From the NCBI GenBank assembly GCA_026936335.1, contig JAPMXV010000048.1, positions 1-64,000 on the forward strand: 64,000 nt of DNA, written 5' to 3'. This stretch comes from Mantamonas sphyraenae STR306 (taxonomy: Eukaryota; Protista; CRuMs). The translations under genes and the position numbers were made by a program. How positions within the stretch are numbered: the stretch's first letter is position 1; every line of letters begins with the position of its first letter. This document shows, in pieces, positions 24,655 through 36,622 of this stretch. The notes below the pieces were generated by a model. That model had not been told where the DNA came from. It worked only from the letters and a program-made list of their open reading frames with translations, and did no database searches.

Positions 24655-27508
24655 ATGTCTGTGCGTGACACCGTGTCAACCATAGAGTCGTCAGAGAGTT
24701 TGGGCATGGACTCGTTCAACGGAGAGGTCACCGTCGCCTCACCTTTGCAAAGAGTCACGCGGCTCCAACGCAAGCGGACCCTCTCGACCAGCTCAGACGG
24801 CTCCAGTGCAAGCAGCGCAAGCAGCGAGACGCAGACGAGCTCGCGCACTCGCACATCGCATGAAACACATGCAGAGAAGCGGCAGCGTGTGGAGTCAACA
24901 ACGTTGGGGGGAGAGGGAGAGGAAGAGCAGGAAGAGCAGGAAGAAGTGGTCGAAAGTGGGTTGCGTTTTGTGCTGATCACCCTTTGTTTTCGGGCGTCGA
25001 CGCTGACACCTGGTCGCACAAAGGCACACCTACCGTTGCTGTGAGTCAGGACGATACCCAGACTGGTGCAACACATGATGCGCTCACCGAACAGGCAGTT
25101 GAGGAAGCAGGGGAAGAGGTGTCGGCGAGCACGATGGACGTTGAGGAGATGGCGAAGAGCGACGGCGGTGGAGACAAAGGGGGCGCCGTCCAGCACTCGT
25201 CGGTACAGACACCTTCTACAACTGGATCACAGGAGGAGGGTAGAGGTGTTACGTCTCCCACTGTGTTCACCGTAGAGGATGAGGAGGAGGAGGAAGGGGA
25301 CGTGACCCCCTCGCAAACAAGCGCAGGCTCCATGGCGGTCGGTAAGTTCTGCCCAAAAGGGGTAGGGGGCAGCGGTATAAAGGCCTGACGCGGATGCTTT
25401 TGGGTACAGAGCCAGCAAGCGAGCCAAACCTGAGCTCTGACGCTGCAGAGACTCTGGACGAGGTGAGCCCTTTGGACGCCTTGTCCGACGTTGATGAGGA
25501 CGACGGGGGCGACGAGGATGTGGAAGTGAGAGCACGGATTGCACACATCAGGCAAAGAAGAGCCACGGGAGAGGAATCTCCCTTTGAGCGAGTTCGTCAG
25601 CGGTTTGCCGAGATCAAAAAGGCGCTGAACGCAGATCGACAGCGTTGGAGGACAGCGGCCGGTCGTCAGGACAGCCAGGTCCACGCAGAGGCAACAAAAG
25701 GTACAGTGGACTTGCTCAAGCAACTGGCTCCAGTGTCCATTGACCGAGACGAAGTGTGGCGCTTCGCCATCGGACAAGAACAAGCGGTGGACATCTGGCA
25801 CTACGAATGGTACACCACGACAAACCCGTACGCTATGAGCAACCTAAAAGACCTCTGGTGCGTGTTTGTGCTGGGTGCAACCGAGGAGGAGCTGCAGGCA
25901 GTGCCCGAGGCTCAATGGCGCGACATGGTGGCCAAAACGGACAACCTGGATACAGTGTTGGGCCTGTACTTGCGCACAGAGTGTGTAGCTCCATCAGAAA
26001 CACCCCTGCGACGCGTAGCCACCAAAGCCCTGGGATTGAACACGACGTACAGCCTGGCCGAGTTTGTCATCAAGCAGAGGTTGGCGCGTGGTCAAGGGGT
26101 GGCGGGAGGAGGAGACGAGACACAGTACGATGATTCTGAGGGAGGTGGCAGACGAGGGAGTCGTCGATCGGGACAGGCATCGGAACGAGAACAACGTGGC
26201 GAAAGTTCCGAGTCACTCGAGTTTTCTGATTTGCACATGCGCTTCATCGACCAATGGGGCGCTGACGATATGGCACGGATGATTCGTCACATGTCGTTTA
26301 ATCATGTCTGTACGCACTACAAGGGAGACACTGCGAGGCACAACACCGTGGCGGGAAGTCCGGTCCAGATGATTCGGCGTTTCGTCTTGGGGTTCAAGAC
26401 ACCCCAGATCAAGCAGCTGTACGCCACTGGGTTTGGCAAGCGCACCAAGGGGTCGCCGTCCTTTGCCATGGTCTCATCGTCGTCGTCGTCGTCGTCGAGC
26501 TCAGCAGTCGATCGTCTGGACGCCCACATCTCTGCGGTGCAGTTGCTCATGGAGGCCATGTGGCACTGTATGGGTTTTTGGACAGAGCTGTGCAGCATGG
26601 TTCATTCTCTGGCTGCGCCCAATTCCAACCCACAGTCGCCTTTTCGTCTGCTGGCCCAGAACGTGGCCCGCGATATCGTTTACATGGACGAGGACAACCG
26701 CCGACACATCACAAACCACAAAGCCGTCATTTTGCAGTTTGTGCACCTGTGGCTGCCCGTGGAGGAGTACCCTCTTTTTCTCGAGTTTCACCGACTCGGT
26801 GCGCTGACGCTGATCCACGAGGGTGTTTCCTACCGCGCGTACGGTGATTTGCTCGAGCTGGCTCGAATCAACACCAAGGATGACTTTGCGGCAAAGATGG
26901 ACATGCTGGTGGGCAGAGTGACCGTCAAGCGCTGTGTCGGAGTGCAGTATGGAGGGGGTGAGTCAGACTTGGTCGAGCTGGGAGGTGACGATGACATCAA
27001 CCAGGCTATCAAAGACATCAAACAAGCCAAATCCTTTCCGGGGGCACAGGTCACTCACGAGGGTGCCATGGCGTTGCATCCCCTGGGCAACTGCGTGTTC
27101 AATCGGGCAGTCAAGACGGATCTGTGGGCGGTCGAGGAGAACGGGCTCAGCTGGGAGCAAAAGGTCGTGTTTGGGTATGTGCGCAATAGGCTTCGTGCTG
27201 CTGGGTTTCCGGTGGAGGAGCTGAGGAACGAGGAGAACGATGAAGAAGACCTCAAGGACTATGCGTGGTGGCTGGAACGAGCGGGGGAACCAAAGTGGGC
27301 AGACCTGCCGAATGGGTGCAAGAGAACGCTCAAGGGGTGGTTGATGGCATGCAATCGGCTGGTGGAGGGTGATATGGTCCATAGGGAGGCGGGTGAGGTG
27401 GTTCAGAGGATCGGGTGGGACGCCGTGCACCAAACCTACGCCCCACTGCTCTGGTTCGTTGTCAATGCGGTGGGGTGTCAGCAAGCGCGCGCGTGGGTAG
27501 CAGGGTGA
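24655..27508 (+). CDS. Orphan ~905-aa protein, three exons (24655-24955, 25024-25341, 25410-27508); acidic/Ser-rich N-terminus with NLS-like motif; terminal gene of the arm
   Basis: Two 68-nt phase-1 introns (GTGGGT...CTGAC...AAAG; GTAAGT...CTGAC...ACAG) join the 162-, 134- and 704-aa ORFs in frame. Confidence 0.75.
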
Positions 27509-28340
27509 GGGGGTGCTATTTGTGTGACATCATCAAGGAAAGAGCACAAACCAGGACGACTGTTTACACACCGCCTTGCTCTTGTCGTGTACCCAGGTGC
27601 CGCTCTTGGCTGCAGTATGCAGTGCACATGTGCTTGCACCACACCCGCCCCATTCTGGGTCGCTGCCAACACCCACCATCCAGCAGTATTACCCATATGC
27701 TCAAAACTGTCCATTCTCAGCACCATCGCACTCCGTCGCACCGCCACCGCTTCTTCGACTAGCCTTTGCGCACAACGTTATCCTGCTTGTAATTTGGCCT
27801 TCGTCACGCGCGACTACGACGACCACCTCACCACCACCACGATGGACACGTGCTGGAGCAGCAACTCTCCCAGTGACGAGCGTGGCAGCTGCACGGCGCG
27901 GGAGTTCCAGACGCTGCTGGCACTCATCAAAGCACGCACCCTGGCCGTCACCATGCACACGAACACCAAGCAATGCGTGAGCTGATCAACAACAGTGACC
28001 TGATGTCCCTGCTGGGGAAGACACGAAAGAGCAGAGGCAGTCATACACAACACATTGGCAGCGGCAGATGCAACACACGACCACGGAAGAGCACAAGCAG
28101 GCATGAACAAAAGCATGGGTGGTGGGGGTGGCAAGGAGCGCATTGGCCCTGGCATCACCCTGTGGTTTGCATTGTGCAATGAACGGGATTTTCGATGCTT
28201 GACGAGTCCATGGTTGCGGGTGGCAACTAGCCACACACACACGGGTGCCCAGTAAACAACCCAACGCCTTCGCCTGACACTAGGGAAGCATGTTGTCGCA
28301 TCCCGTTTTGAAAAGACGACACACTCTACACTCTTCACCT

Positions 28341-31300
28341 CTAAAAGCGTTTGAAACGCTTGGCAATCCGCTCGAGATGCCTCTTCGCCGCTGACATGTT
28401 TTCCTTCCACTGTGGATTATTGCCCTCTTGCGCGTTTGCGTACTCACAGCACGTGTAGTGGTCGATGCTACGCAGGTCCCGGTTCCAGCCCCGTTCTTGT
28501 GGAGACCTTGAATGGCCAGGCCTGGAGGGCATCTCCACGTGCCATGCACGCCCCACAGGGCACGCACGTTGATGCATCGCGTCTTGGACAGTCCTGCAGT
28601 GCACTTGACGTTCACAATACACGTCAGGTGGTTGCACCCGCTTCGCTCCAAACCCGAAATGCCGTGACCACTGGGGCAGTTGACCCAGCCGCCAGCGTGC
28701 AGAGCGTGATTCCACTTGAACCACTTGCTCGGCGGCAAGCCTTGCACATAGTTGGACTTTCCGCACCTAGCATCCTTGATGCAATTGAGCCCAGTGCATC
28801 CATACGTGGTCACGCCGCTAGCAATCGTCGACGTCGGGCACTCGGCCTTGCCAGCCTTGCTCATGTGGTGGTGCCAGTGGACGGTACTTGCCACTACCAG
28901 TGCCTTTGGATCTTCAGGCTTCTCCGTGTACTTGCAGCACTTGTAGTGGTCCACCATGCCCAGGTTGCCCGTGGACACGGGTCCCGCACGATGGATGGCT
29001 TGCAGACCCCATCCCACCGGACACCCGTGTTCGCCCTTCTTCTTCAGGTCCACACGCACAAGCTTGCACTCCTCCGACAGGCCGTACGTGCACCGTGCCT
29101 TCTGAATGCAATCCAACGTATGGCAGTGGTAGCGCTGGAACCCAGACACGCCATAGCCCTTGGGACAGGTTGCCCATCCACCAGCACGCAGGTACTCCCA
29201 CCACCACAACCACACCTGCTTCGGGTTCTGTTGCCTGCGGTTCTTCTCACACACAGCTCCCTTGATCTCCCGCAGGTTCGTGCCACCAGACGTTGTCAGA
29301 GACTGGACAATGTACCCGCTCTTGCACTTGGCTTGCGTACTGATCGTCTTGCCCATTGTGTTGCCCCAGTCTGCCCTGCTTGTCGCAAATGCTTCTTGAT
29401 GTTTCGCCTCGGCTGCGAAATCCTTGGCTTCTTGCGCGTTTGCGTACTCACAGCACGAGTAATGGTCGATGCTACGCAGGTCCCCGGTTCCAGCCCCGTT
29501 CTTGTGGAGACCTTGAATGGCCAGGCCTGGAGGGCATCTCCACGTGCCATGCACGCCCCACAGGGCACGCACGTTGATGCATCGCGTCTTGGACAGTCCT
29601 GCAGTGCATTTAACGTTCGTAATGCATGTCAGGTGGTTGCACCCGCTTCGCTCCAAACCCGAAATGCCGTGACCACTGGGGCAGTTGACCCAGCCGCCAG
29701 CGTGCAGAGCGTGATTCCACTGGAACCACTTGCTCTTCGGCAACTCCTTTGCGTAGTTGGACTTTCCGCACCTAGCATCCACGATGCAATTGAGTCCCTT
29801 GCATCCATGCGTGGTCACGCCGCTAGCAATCGTCGACGTCGGGCACTCGGCCTTGCCAGCCTTGCTCATGTGGTGGTGCCAGTGGACGGTACTTGCCACT
29901 ACCAGTGCCTTTGGATCTTCAGGCTTCTCCGTGTACTTGCAGCACTTGTAGTGGTCCACCATGCCCAGGTTGCCCGTGGACACGGGTCCCGCACGATGGA
30001 TGGCTTGCAGACCCCATCCCACCGGACACCCGTGTTCGCCCTTCTTCTTCAGGTCCACACGCACAAGCTTGCACTCCTCCGACAGGCCGTACGTGCACCG
30101 TGCCTTCTGAATGCAATCCAACGTATGGCAGTGGTAGCGCTGGAACCCAGACACGCCATAGCCCTTGGGACAGGTTGCCCATCCACCAGCACGCAGGTAC
30201 TCCCACCACCACAACCACACCTGCTTCGGGTTCTGTTGCCTGCGGTTCTTCTCACACACAGCTCCCTTGATCTCCCGCAGGTTCGTGCCACCAGACGTTG
30301 TCAGAGACTGGACAATGTACCCGCTCTTGCACTTGGCTTGCGTACTGATCGTCTTGCCCATTGTGTTGCCCCAGTCTGCTGCGAACGAAAGGGTCGTGGG
30401 TTTTTCCACAGTTTCGGCAATATACCTACAGCACTTCAATTTCGTGAGGTCACCCAGATGACCATCCGCTCCGTCGTTGTGCCTGTAGAAGCCATTGATA
30501 CCGAAACCGGCGGGACAACTGTGCGTACCGCGCTTCCCCAAGCCGTGCTCGAGGTTGACAACTTCACAATCGTCCTTGTACGTGTTCAGTGTGCACTTTA
30601 GCATCTCAATCCCGGTCAGCGAGTGGCTGTTGCCGCGCTGCAAGCCGGACACACTGTAGCCTGCTGGGCAGCTCTTCCATCCCTTGACGCTCATCTTGCT
30701 GTGGACTTCCACAAATGCGTCCAGGTCGTTCTTGATGTTGCGCGTGCAACAATTGGCCCGTTCCAGGTTGACCAAGGCGCCTCCTGTCGTCTCCAACGAG
30801 TGCACAGACGTGCCTGCGGGACAGGATGACATGCCGGCGCGATCGAAAGAGCTGTACCAGTTGCCCACTTGGCACGACACGGCGCCCTCAGGCGGACCGA
30901 CGTCACGGAGCTCGCAGCACTTGATGTGATCCACAGTGTCCAACTCTCCATGGTGCGAGCGGTTGGTGCGATGCAGCGCCTGCAACCCGTAGCCAAACGG
31001 GCACGAAACGCTGCGGCTTGCCTGGCCAATCCTCAACTTGATGACGATGCACTTGCCTATGTCAAGTCCGTCTACACACTGCAGTCCCTCCAGACACATC
31101 ACGCCGTGGCAGCCGCCTTGTTTGCGCAGAAAGCCTGCAATGCCGTACCCGACGCGATGGCAGTGGAACCAGTGCTCATTGAATGATCCACGGAAAGTAA
31201 TCTCCCTGCTGGCATGTGCGTGAGTGCAGCAATCAGCGCCGTTCAGAGTTCCCAGGCCCATGCCGTGGCCCTTCAACAGGCCGGTGATGATCGCTCCACG

Positions 31301-34300
31301 CGGGCATCGCACATGGGCTCCAGCAGCAAGATGCCACTTGTGCTCACTGCATCGCTTCAGTGATTTGACTGTGAGTTCGCGCTCGGCGTCGAGCCGCTGT
31401 GTGGGGCTGTGCACCTTGAGCACACCGTCAACGGGCGCCTGGACGTTCTTCTCTTGCGCTTTCCTCACCACCTTTTGCAGTTCCTCCCAATACTCGTCCA
31501 AAATCACACGTGTCTTGATCAGAATTGATCTCACGAGGCCGAGCATTTGCTGTCGGCGAGCCTTGCTCACGTGCAGGTCTTTCAGACGGCGCAGATCAGC
31601 AATGGCCAATCCTCGGTCACGGAGTGCCTTGCGTGCTTCCTTGCGCAGGTTGCGCATCTCAGGCGTGTTGAACATACCCACCATGGCCTTCTTGATGTCC
31701 GACTTACCCTTCAACTTACCGCGCTCGTCGGCGATGGTCGTGCACAGCTGCAGCTGTAAGCGATCGTCGTTCTCCTTCATCATCGTTTCGGTCATCCGTC
31801 TGCCACTCTCTGCAGCTTTTTTCTCTGCAGCCTGGGCCTTTTCGGTCTTTCTCTTCAGAATCGGTGAAGCCATTTCGATGAAATGTGGTATCAGCTTGGG
31901 ATCCTGTTTCAGAAGCTCCTTGCGGTGATAGTCGACCGATGCAAACGTCCGTATGCTCAAATCAGTGTACTCCTTGACTTCGTAACCCAACACCGCCACC
32001 GCCTGAGAGTAGCCCTTCATTCGGCTCTGCGTGGTTTTGCGCATGTGCTCAAACGCCGCCACGGGCATCATCTTCAGATCCAGCAGACGTACTGCTTCGG
32101 CGGCGCCCAGAGCACTGATACGATGGTTCATCATCGAGACGAAGCGAGACTTCAGAACGCCATCGGGCTCAGTGGTCAATGCATGGTCCATCAGCTTGCG
32201 CGAGATGATCAGGCGCAAACGCTTTTGGAACAGCTCTTTGCGCTTCGTGATACGTTCGTTCTTCATGTGCGCAGACCCAATGGCCTTCGTGATCACGGGC
32301 TCGCCCTCTTCTGTGAACGCGTTGTACCTGATACCTTTCCTCTCAGCCTCATCAAAATTGGCGTCAACGCCTTTTTGATGCGTGAACACATGTTTCAGCG
32401 CATGCTCGATCACCTTCTCGTCCACTTCTACACCGGTGTCTTTCTCCAATTGAGCCCATCGGTAATGCATTCCACCCTTGACACTCTTCCGATACTCCTT
32501 GGCGTTTTCGAACGAATGGAACACAAAGGGGTTAACGTGAACGAGTGCCTCTGGTACAATCAGCTTGGAGGGATCATATGGATTGACCAATCGATTCGTC
32601 GTTGCTTGTCGTCGATGTAATAATACACTCATAGCAAGGTCCTCGACGAGCTGCTCGTCTTCTTTGTCCGCTTGATGCATGCTTCGTTGCGCCATCGCGG
32701 ACATTGGTTCGGCTGAAGCCCACCCGAGCACGTCGGACGAGTCTCGGGTGGAAGGCAGCATGGCCAAAATGTCCGTCGGGATCTGTTGGACGAGCGAGAA
32801 ACGCTTTTTGGCCTCATCGCCATAGCTGTCCCTGTCCGCCACGTTCTTCGCGTTTACCATAGCGCTTATCTGGTCCCCGGAGGGCAGCTTCCACTCAAAG
32901 TTAGCCAGCTCCTTCTTGAACTCGGTGATCTGAATTGTTTTGTCGACCAAATCGATGCCGAAAATCGAGATTTTAGCGCCGACCAAAGGTCGCAGGCCAG
33001 CGCTCAATGTCAGCGTGTTCCTGTTGGCCACACCTTGGTTGTGTACCTTCTCCGCTTCTGTAGGCTCTTTCAGCTCATACTTGCTGTTGTCGACCGCAAT
33101 ACACTTCGCAGCGCCCTGCGGCTCAAATTCGGCCAGTGCGAAGATTTGGAGCGCAAACGAAGGTCCCGAAACGGAGTACAGAAGGGCACTGATCTTTGGC
33201 GTCAGGGTAATTTCCAGCGAAATCGTAGCGCACGGTCGGAATCCATGGGGGCCTTTTCGCGTTACCTCGATCGACTTTTCGAAGATAGGGCTCAAGTCCA
33301 GCTTGCCGTTCACAAACTTGGCTTCCAGACCCAGCCTCAGTGTAGCCGTAAGGGTTGCCTCGAAGTTGAATTGGAATCCTGCCTGTAGAGCAAGGGATGC
33401 ACCCAAGTTCAGTTCTCCCTCGACCAGAATGACCACCGGCACCGGGCCAATCTGAAAGTTGAACGTCACGATGGGCTTCTTCAACACCTCCTTTTCCTTT
33501 GACCAATCGAGCCTGCCAGACACCTGGGCAAACAGGTCGACCTTGGTTGTGAGTTGGGCACCCAGAGCAAACTTGATGCGCTTTGGCTTGTACTTGTCAA
33601 TCCTGATTGCCAGTGTGAACGTCGGCGCCACCTGCGCCTTGGCCTCCAGAATACGAAGTACGATGTCCAGAGAAACGGAGACTTTGGTCTTACTGCCATT
33701 CCTCTCTTTCTCCCTTTCATGTCCAATTTTGGCGTTCAGATCAACCTCTTTGACCTGGAACCCCACACCGGGAAACTGCTCGTCGATGTTCAGCTCGGCT
33801 GTTCCACCGTTGAGCATGTCCCATGCAAACTTGGCCATTTGGCCCACCATCTTTCCCACCTGCACCAATGCAGCGCCGATGCTTTGGGCCACGTTTGCGA
33901 CAACAGAGGCGACCGCCGTGGCCACCTGGATGGCTGTGGCAGCGATTGCCTTTGCCTTTGCAATCATATTGTTGGCAAACGTGGTCAGTTTGGTCAGCAG
34001 CTTCTTCGTGAGGGCAGTCGCTGCTGCCACGAGTGAGTGCAGAGCATTCTTGAGGTCGTTCAGTTTCTCTGTGATGAAGGTTACGAGGTTGTTGAACGTC
34101 TCTGTCATTCTGTCCCACGCTTGCCTCAAATGTGCGTCGAGAGATGTGAACGCGCGGCCGATCTCACCGGCTAGTTGACCGAGGACACCTCCGACCGAAA
34201 GAGCATCTTCCACCTCCTCATCTGCCTCGTCACCCTCCTCGTCATCGTCGGCAATGTCAAGCGCCAAACTCTCACCGTCGATTGGGAACTCTTCATGCAG

Positions 34301-35973
34301 CTCATCATCAAGCCCAGCGTCGGCAAGCTCCTCAACTGAGGAGTCCACGTCCTCGCTCTCGGAAGTGAACCCAAACTCGGCGTCATCGATGTCTGTGCCC
34401 GCTGCTTTGGCCTCCGCCAGACCATGGGCAACCAAACGTGCTGCCTCCACAACGTACTCGCGGTGCTTGTCAAAGTACTCGCGGGCAGCTCCGGAAAGCT
34501 TTTCGCCGTACTCATGGCTCAGGGCCTGCAGTTGCGTCGAGGACGGGTCCTGGTCAGAGATGCGACGCACAGCCTCCGAGACCTTTTGCAAGGCTTCGTG
34601 TGCGGCTTCGTCGTGCTTGTTTGCTGTTGCAACAGCCGCATGATCCTTGACCATGTCGCGCAGGATCTGCACCTGCTCGTTGCGGCGAGCGGCCACACTT
34701 CGGTCCTGGACTTTGCCGGTTTCCACGTCCTTGATCAGGTCAGACACGTCGGTGACCTCCACGTGAACGGTGGCATCCTTCACTGCGTCTTCAAGGTCTG
34801 CGTTTTTCACACGCAAGTGGTACGGCAAGGAATCCTTGTTGCACTGCGGCAGTTGGCCAGGCGACCAAGCTTTGGCTCCGCTCGGGCTGTTGATGGCCGT
34901 GATCTTGTACAGACCTGTGGCAATGCCAAACACGGAGCCGACCTTGATCGACTTGCTGTGGCGGTGCATAAACACGCAGGTGGCGGTGAAAACACCGTCA
35001 CGCGCATCTCCACCCTCTGGAATTAGGCCTTGCTTGGCAAGGTCTTGCATGCTCCCAGAGTGCTTCAGAAATGTGTACTCGTCGACATCGCTGAGAAGGC
35101 CGTGGGACTCATGAAAGGGCAGATCGGCATCGTCCACGTCTTCAACATCCTCAGCCGAAGACTGCACCGAATCAACATCGAACGTGTACTCTCCGTTTGC
35201 TGCTTGAGCACGGTGAAAGTTCTCGCTCATGTGCTTGGAGATCAGGGTCAACGCACCGGTGCGAGACAATGCGTTCAAGGGCTTGGCCACGTGGCTCAGG
35301 TGCGAGTCCAACCCCGCTTCGATCTCGAAAAAGTCCGGGTGCGTGTTCACCTCTCCACGAAGAAAGGTCCGCACGAGCGATTTGCCACGCAGGGATGCGT
35401 TCAAAGGGTACTGCTTGTAGACACGGTGCGTGGCATCCGAGATGGATTCGTCGCTCAGCCCCAAGTCTTTCTTGTACAGCTCCAAGGAGAAAAAGTCGTC
35501 CTCGGAAATGTCTTTTTCGTTCACCACGTGTGCGGCATCACCGTACACCGTGGTTCCTTTGTCGAACCGTTCATGAAGCTCCCCCTGGGACAGCCCAGCA
35601 TCTGTTTGCCGACGATGGGTAGTGATGTTCAAGCGTTGGTGAACATGTGTCAGTCGGAAAAGTTGAGCTTCAACAACGAGAGGGAAAAAGGAACGCGGAC
35701 CGAACCCTCCAGAAAAGACAACGTGTCCCACAGCAAGAACTCACACCGAGAACCGGCTCCACGCTCGCCTAAAGTCGGGGAAAGTGCACGTGCCACATCT
35801 GTGGATGTAGGGTGGGCCCAGTTTTGCCCCAGAGTGAGTACAGACGCGCGGAAAGGATGAAAGAATGCATGAAGACCACCCATCCTTCCATTCGGGAAAA
35901 ACTCACCGGAGATGCAGGCGAACACAAGGACAATTGCTAAAAATTTGGCCCATCCATGGCGTTGCATCATCAT
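28341..35973 (-). CDS. Giant secreted protein (~2440 aa): signal-peptide exon, acidic and amphipathic-helical region, beta-rich domain, coiled region, 18 Cys-rich repeats
   Basis: Exon 1 (35973-35907, MMMQRHGWAKFLAIVLVFACIS) splices in phase 1 (GTGAGT...ACAG) to 35601. A CCC vs CCCC slip near 28479, seen by comparing the internal duplicate, implies the true C-terminus ...RIAKRFKRF* at 28341. Confidence 0.8.
28426..30379. repeat. Near-identical ~1005-bp-period intragenic tandem duplication (28426-29374 and 29430-30379)
   Basis: Identical shadow ORFs offset by 1005 (28888/29893; 28914/29919). A few clustered substitutions (e.g. YGCTG vs HGCKG). Confidence 0.92.
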
Positions 35974-36622
35974 CGGATGGGGATTGACTGCTGATAACAT
36001 CGAGTGAGTTTGTTCCAGCAGAATTGAAATGCATCAGCTACAGCGATCACTCCGCGGAATTCTCCTCTACGTAGTTGGACGACCCTTCTCCCATTCTCGT
36101 TCGTTCGTCGGCCTGGTTACAGTAGTCGAGGCCACTCAAACCGCCTCTCTTTCCTCTCATGCAGCTCCCTTGCGCCGTCACACTCCAATGATGCTGTAAC
36201 TTGCAACTTCTCTTTCTCGGCTTCTGCAACCTTTTCCTTCTCTCTTCTCTTCTTCCCTTCATGTCACCGATTTCGATCTTGCCTGCATCGGCGTCCTCCA
36301 CTGGCTGACGGCTGTGACACATGCGCTGAACTCAATGGATGACGTCGAACTGAGGCTTCGGTGCATCTGGCATGGGCGGTGCACTCCATGCAATGCCAAT
36401 TTCCTTGCAGTTCGCCCTGCGTTCTTCCTGTCACGGCCCTAGCGTTCCCACTGCCCCCCAATGCGACTTCCACTCGACCTTCATTCAGATTGGAGGATTT
36501 GGTCGTGACTGTTGGCATCATCCTTGCTCTTCTCGCCTTGTCCGCTCTGGTTTGGAGGGCACGCATGCGGTCAAGGTGGCGGATGAACGTAGTCAACACA
36601 CCATGTTGATGAGAGTTCAGAC

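Larger units (their letters stand above)
3516..27501. mobile_element. Left arm of giant inverted duplication / putative large mobile element; outer end undefined, probably further left (~2900)
   Basis: Reverse complement of 40001-64000: 27501 pairs with 40001, and 3516 pairs with 64000. ORF sets mirror (25394+42108=67502; 16594..18135 vs 49363..50904). The duplication is seen directly; the mobile-element label is inference from gene content. Confidence 0.7.

Noticed and set aside
26250-26325. Tyrosine-recombinase-like motif WGADDMARMIRHMSFNHVCTHY
   Set aside because: Only a superficial match to GADL..Q..LGH.....T..Y: spacing differs and there is no upstream HxxR. Not supportable without a profile search.
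27700-28180. Possible decayed gene fragment (…ARTLAVTMHT / RELINNSDLMSLLG)
   Set aside because: Short, broken and with no recognisable domain; too weak to annotate.
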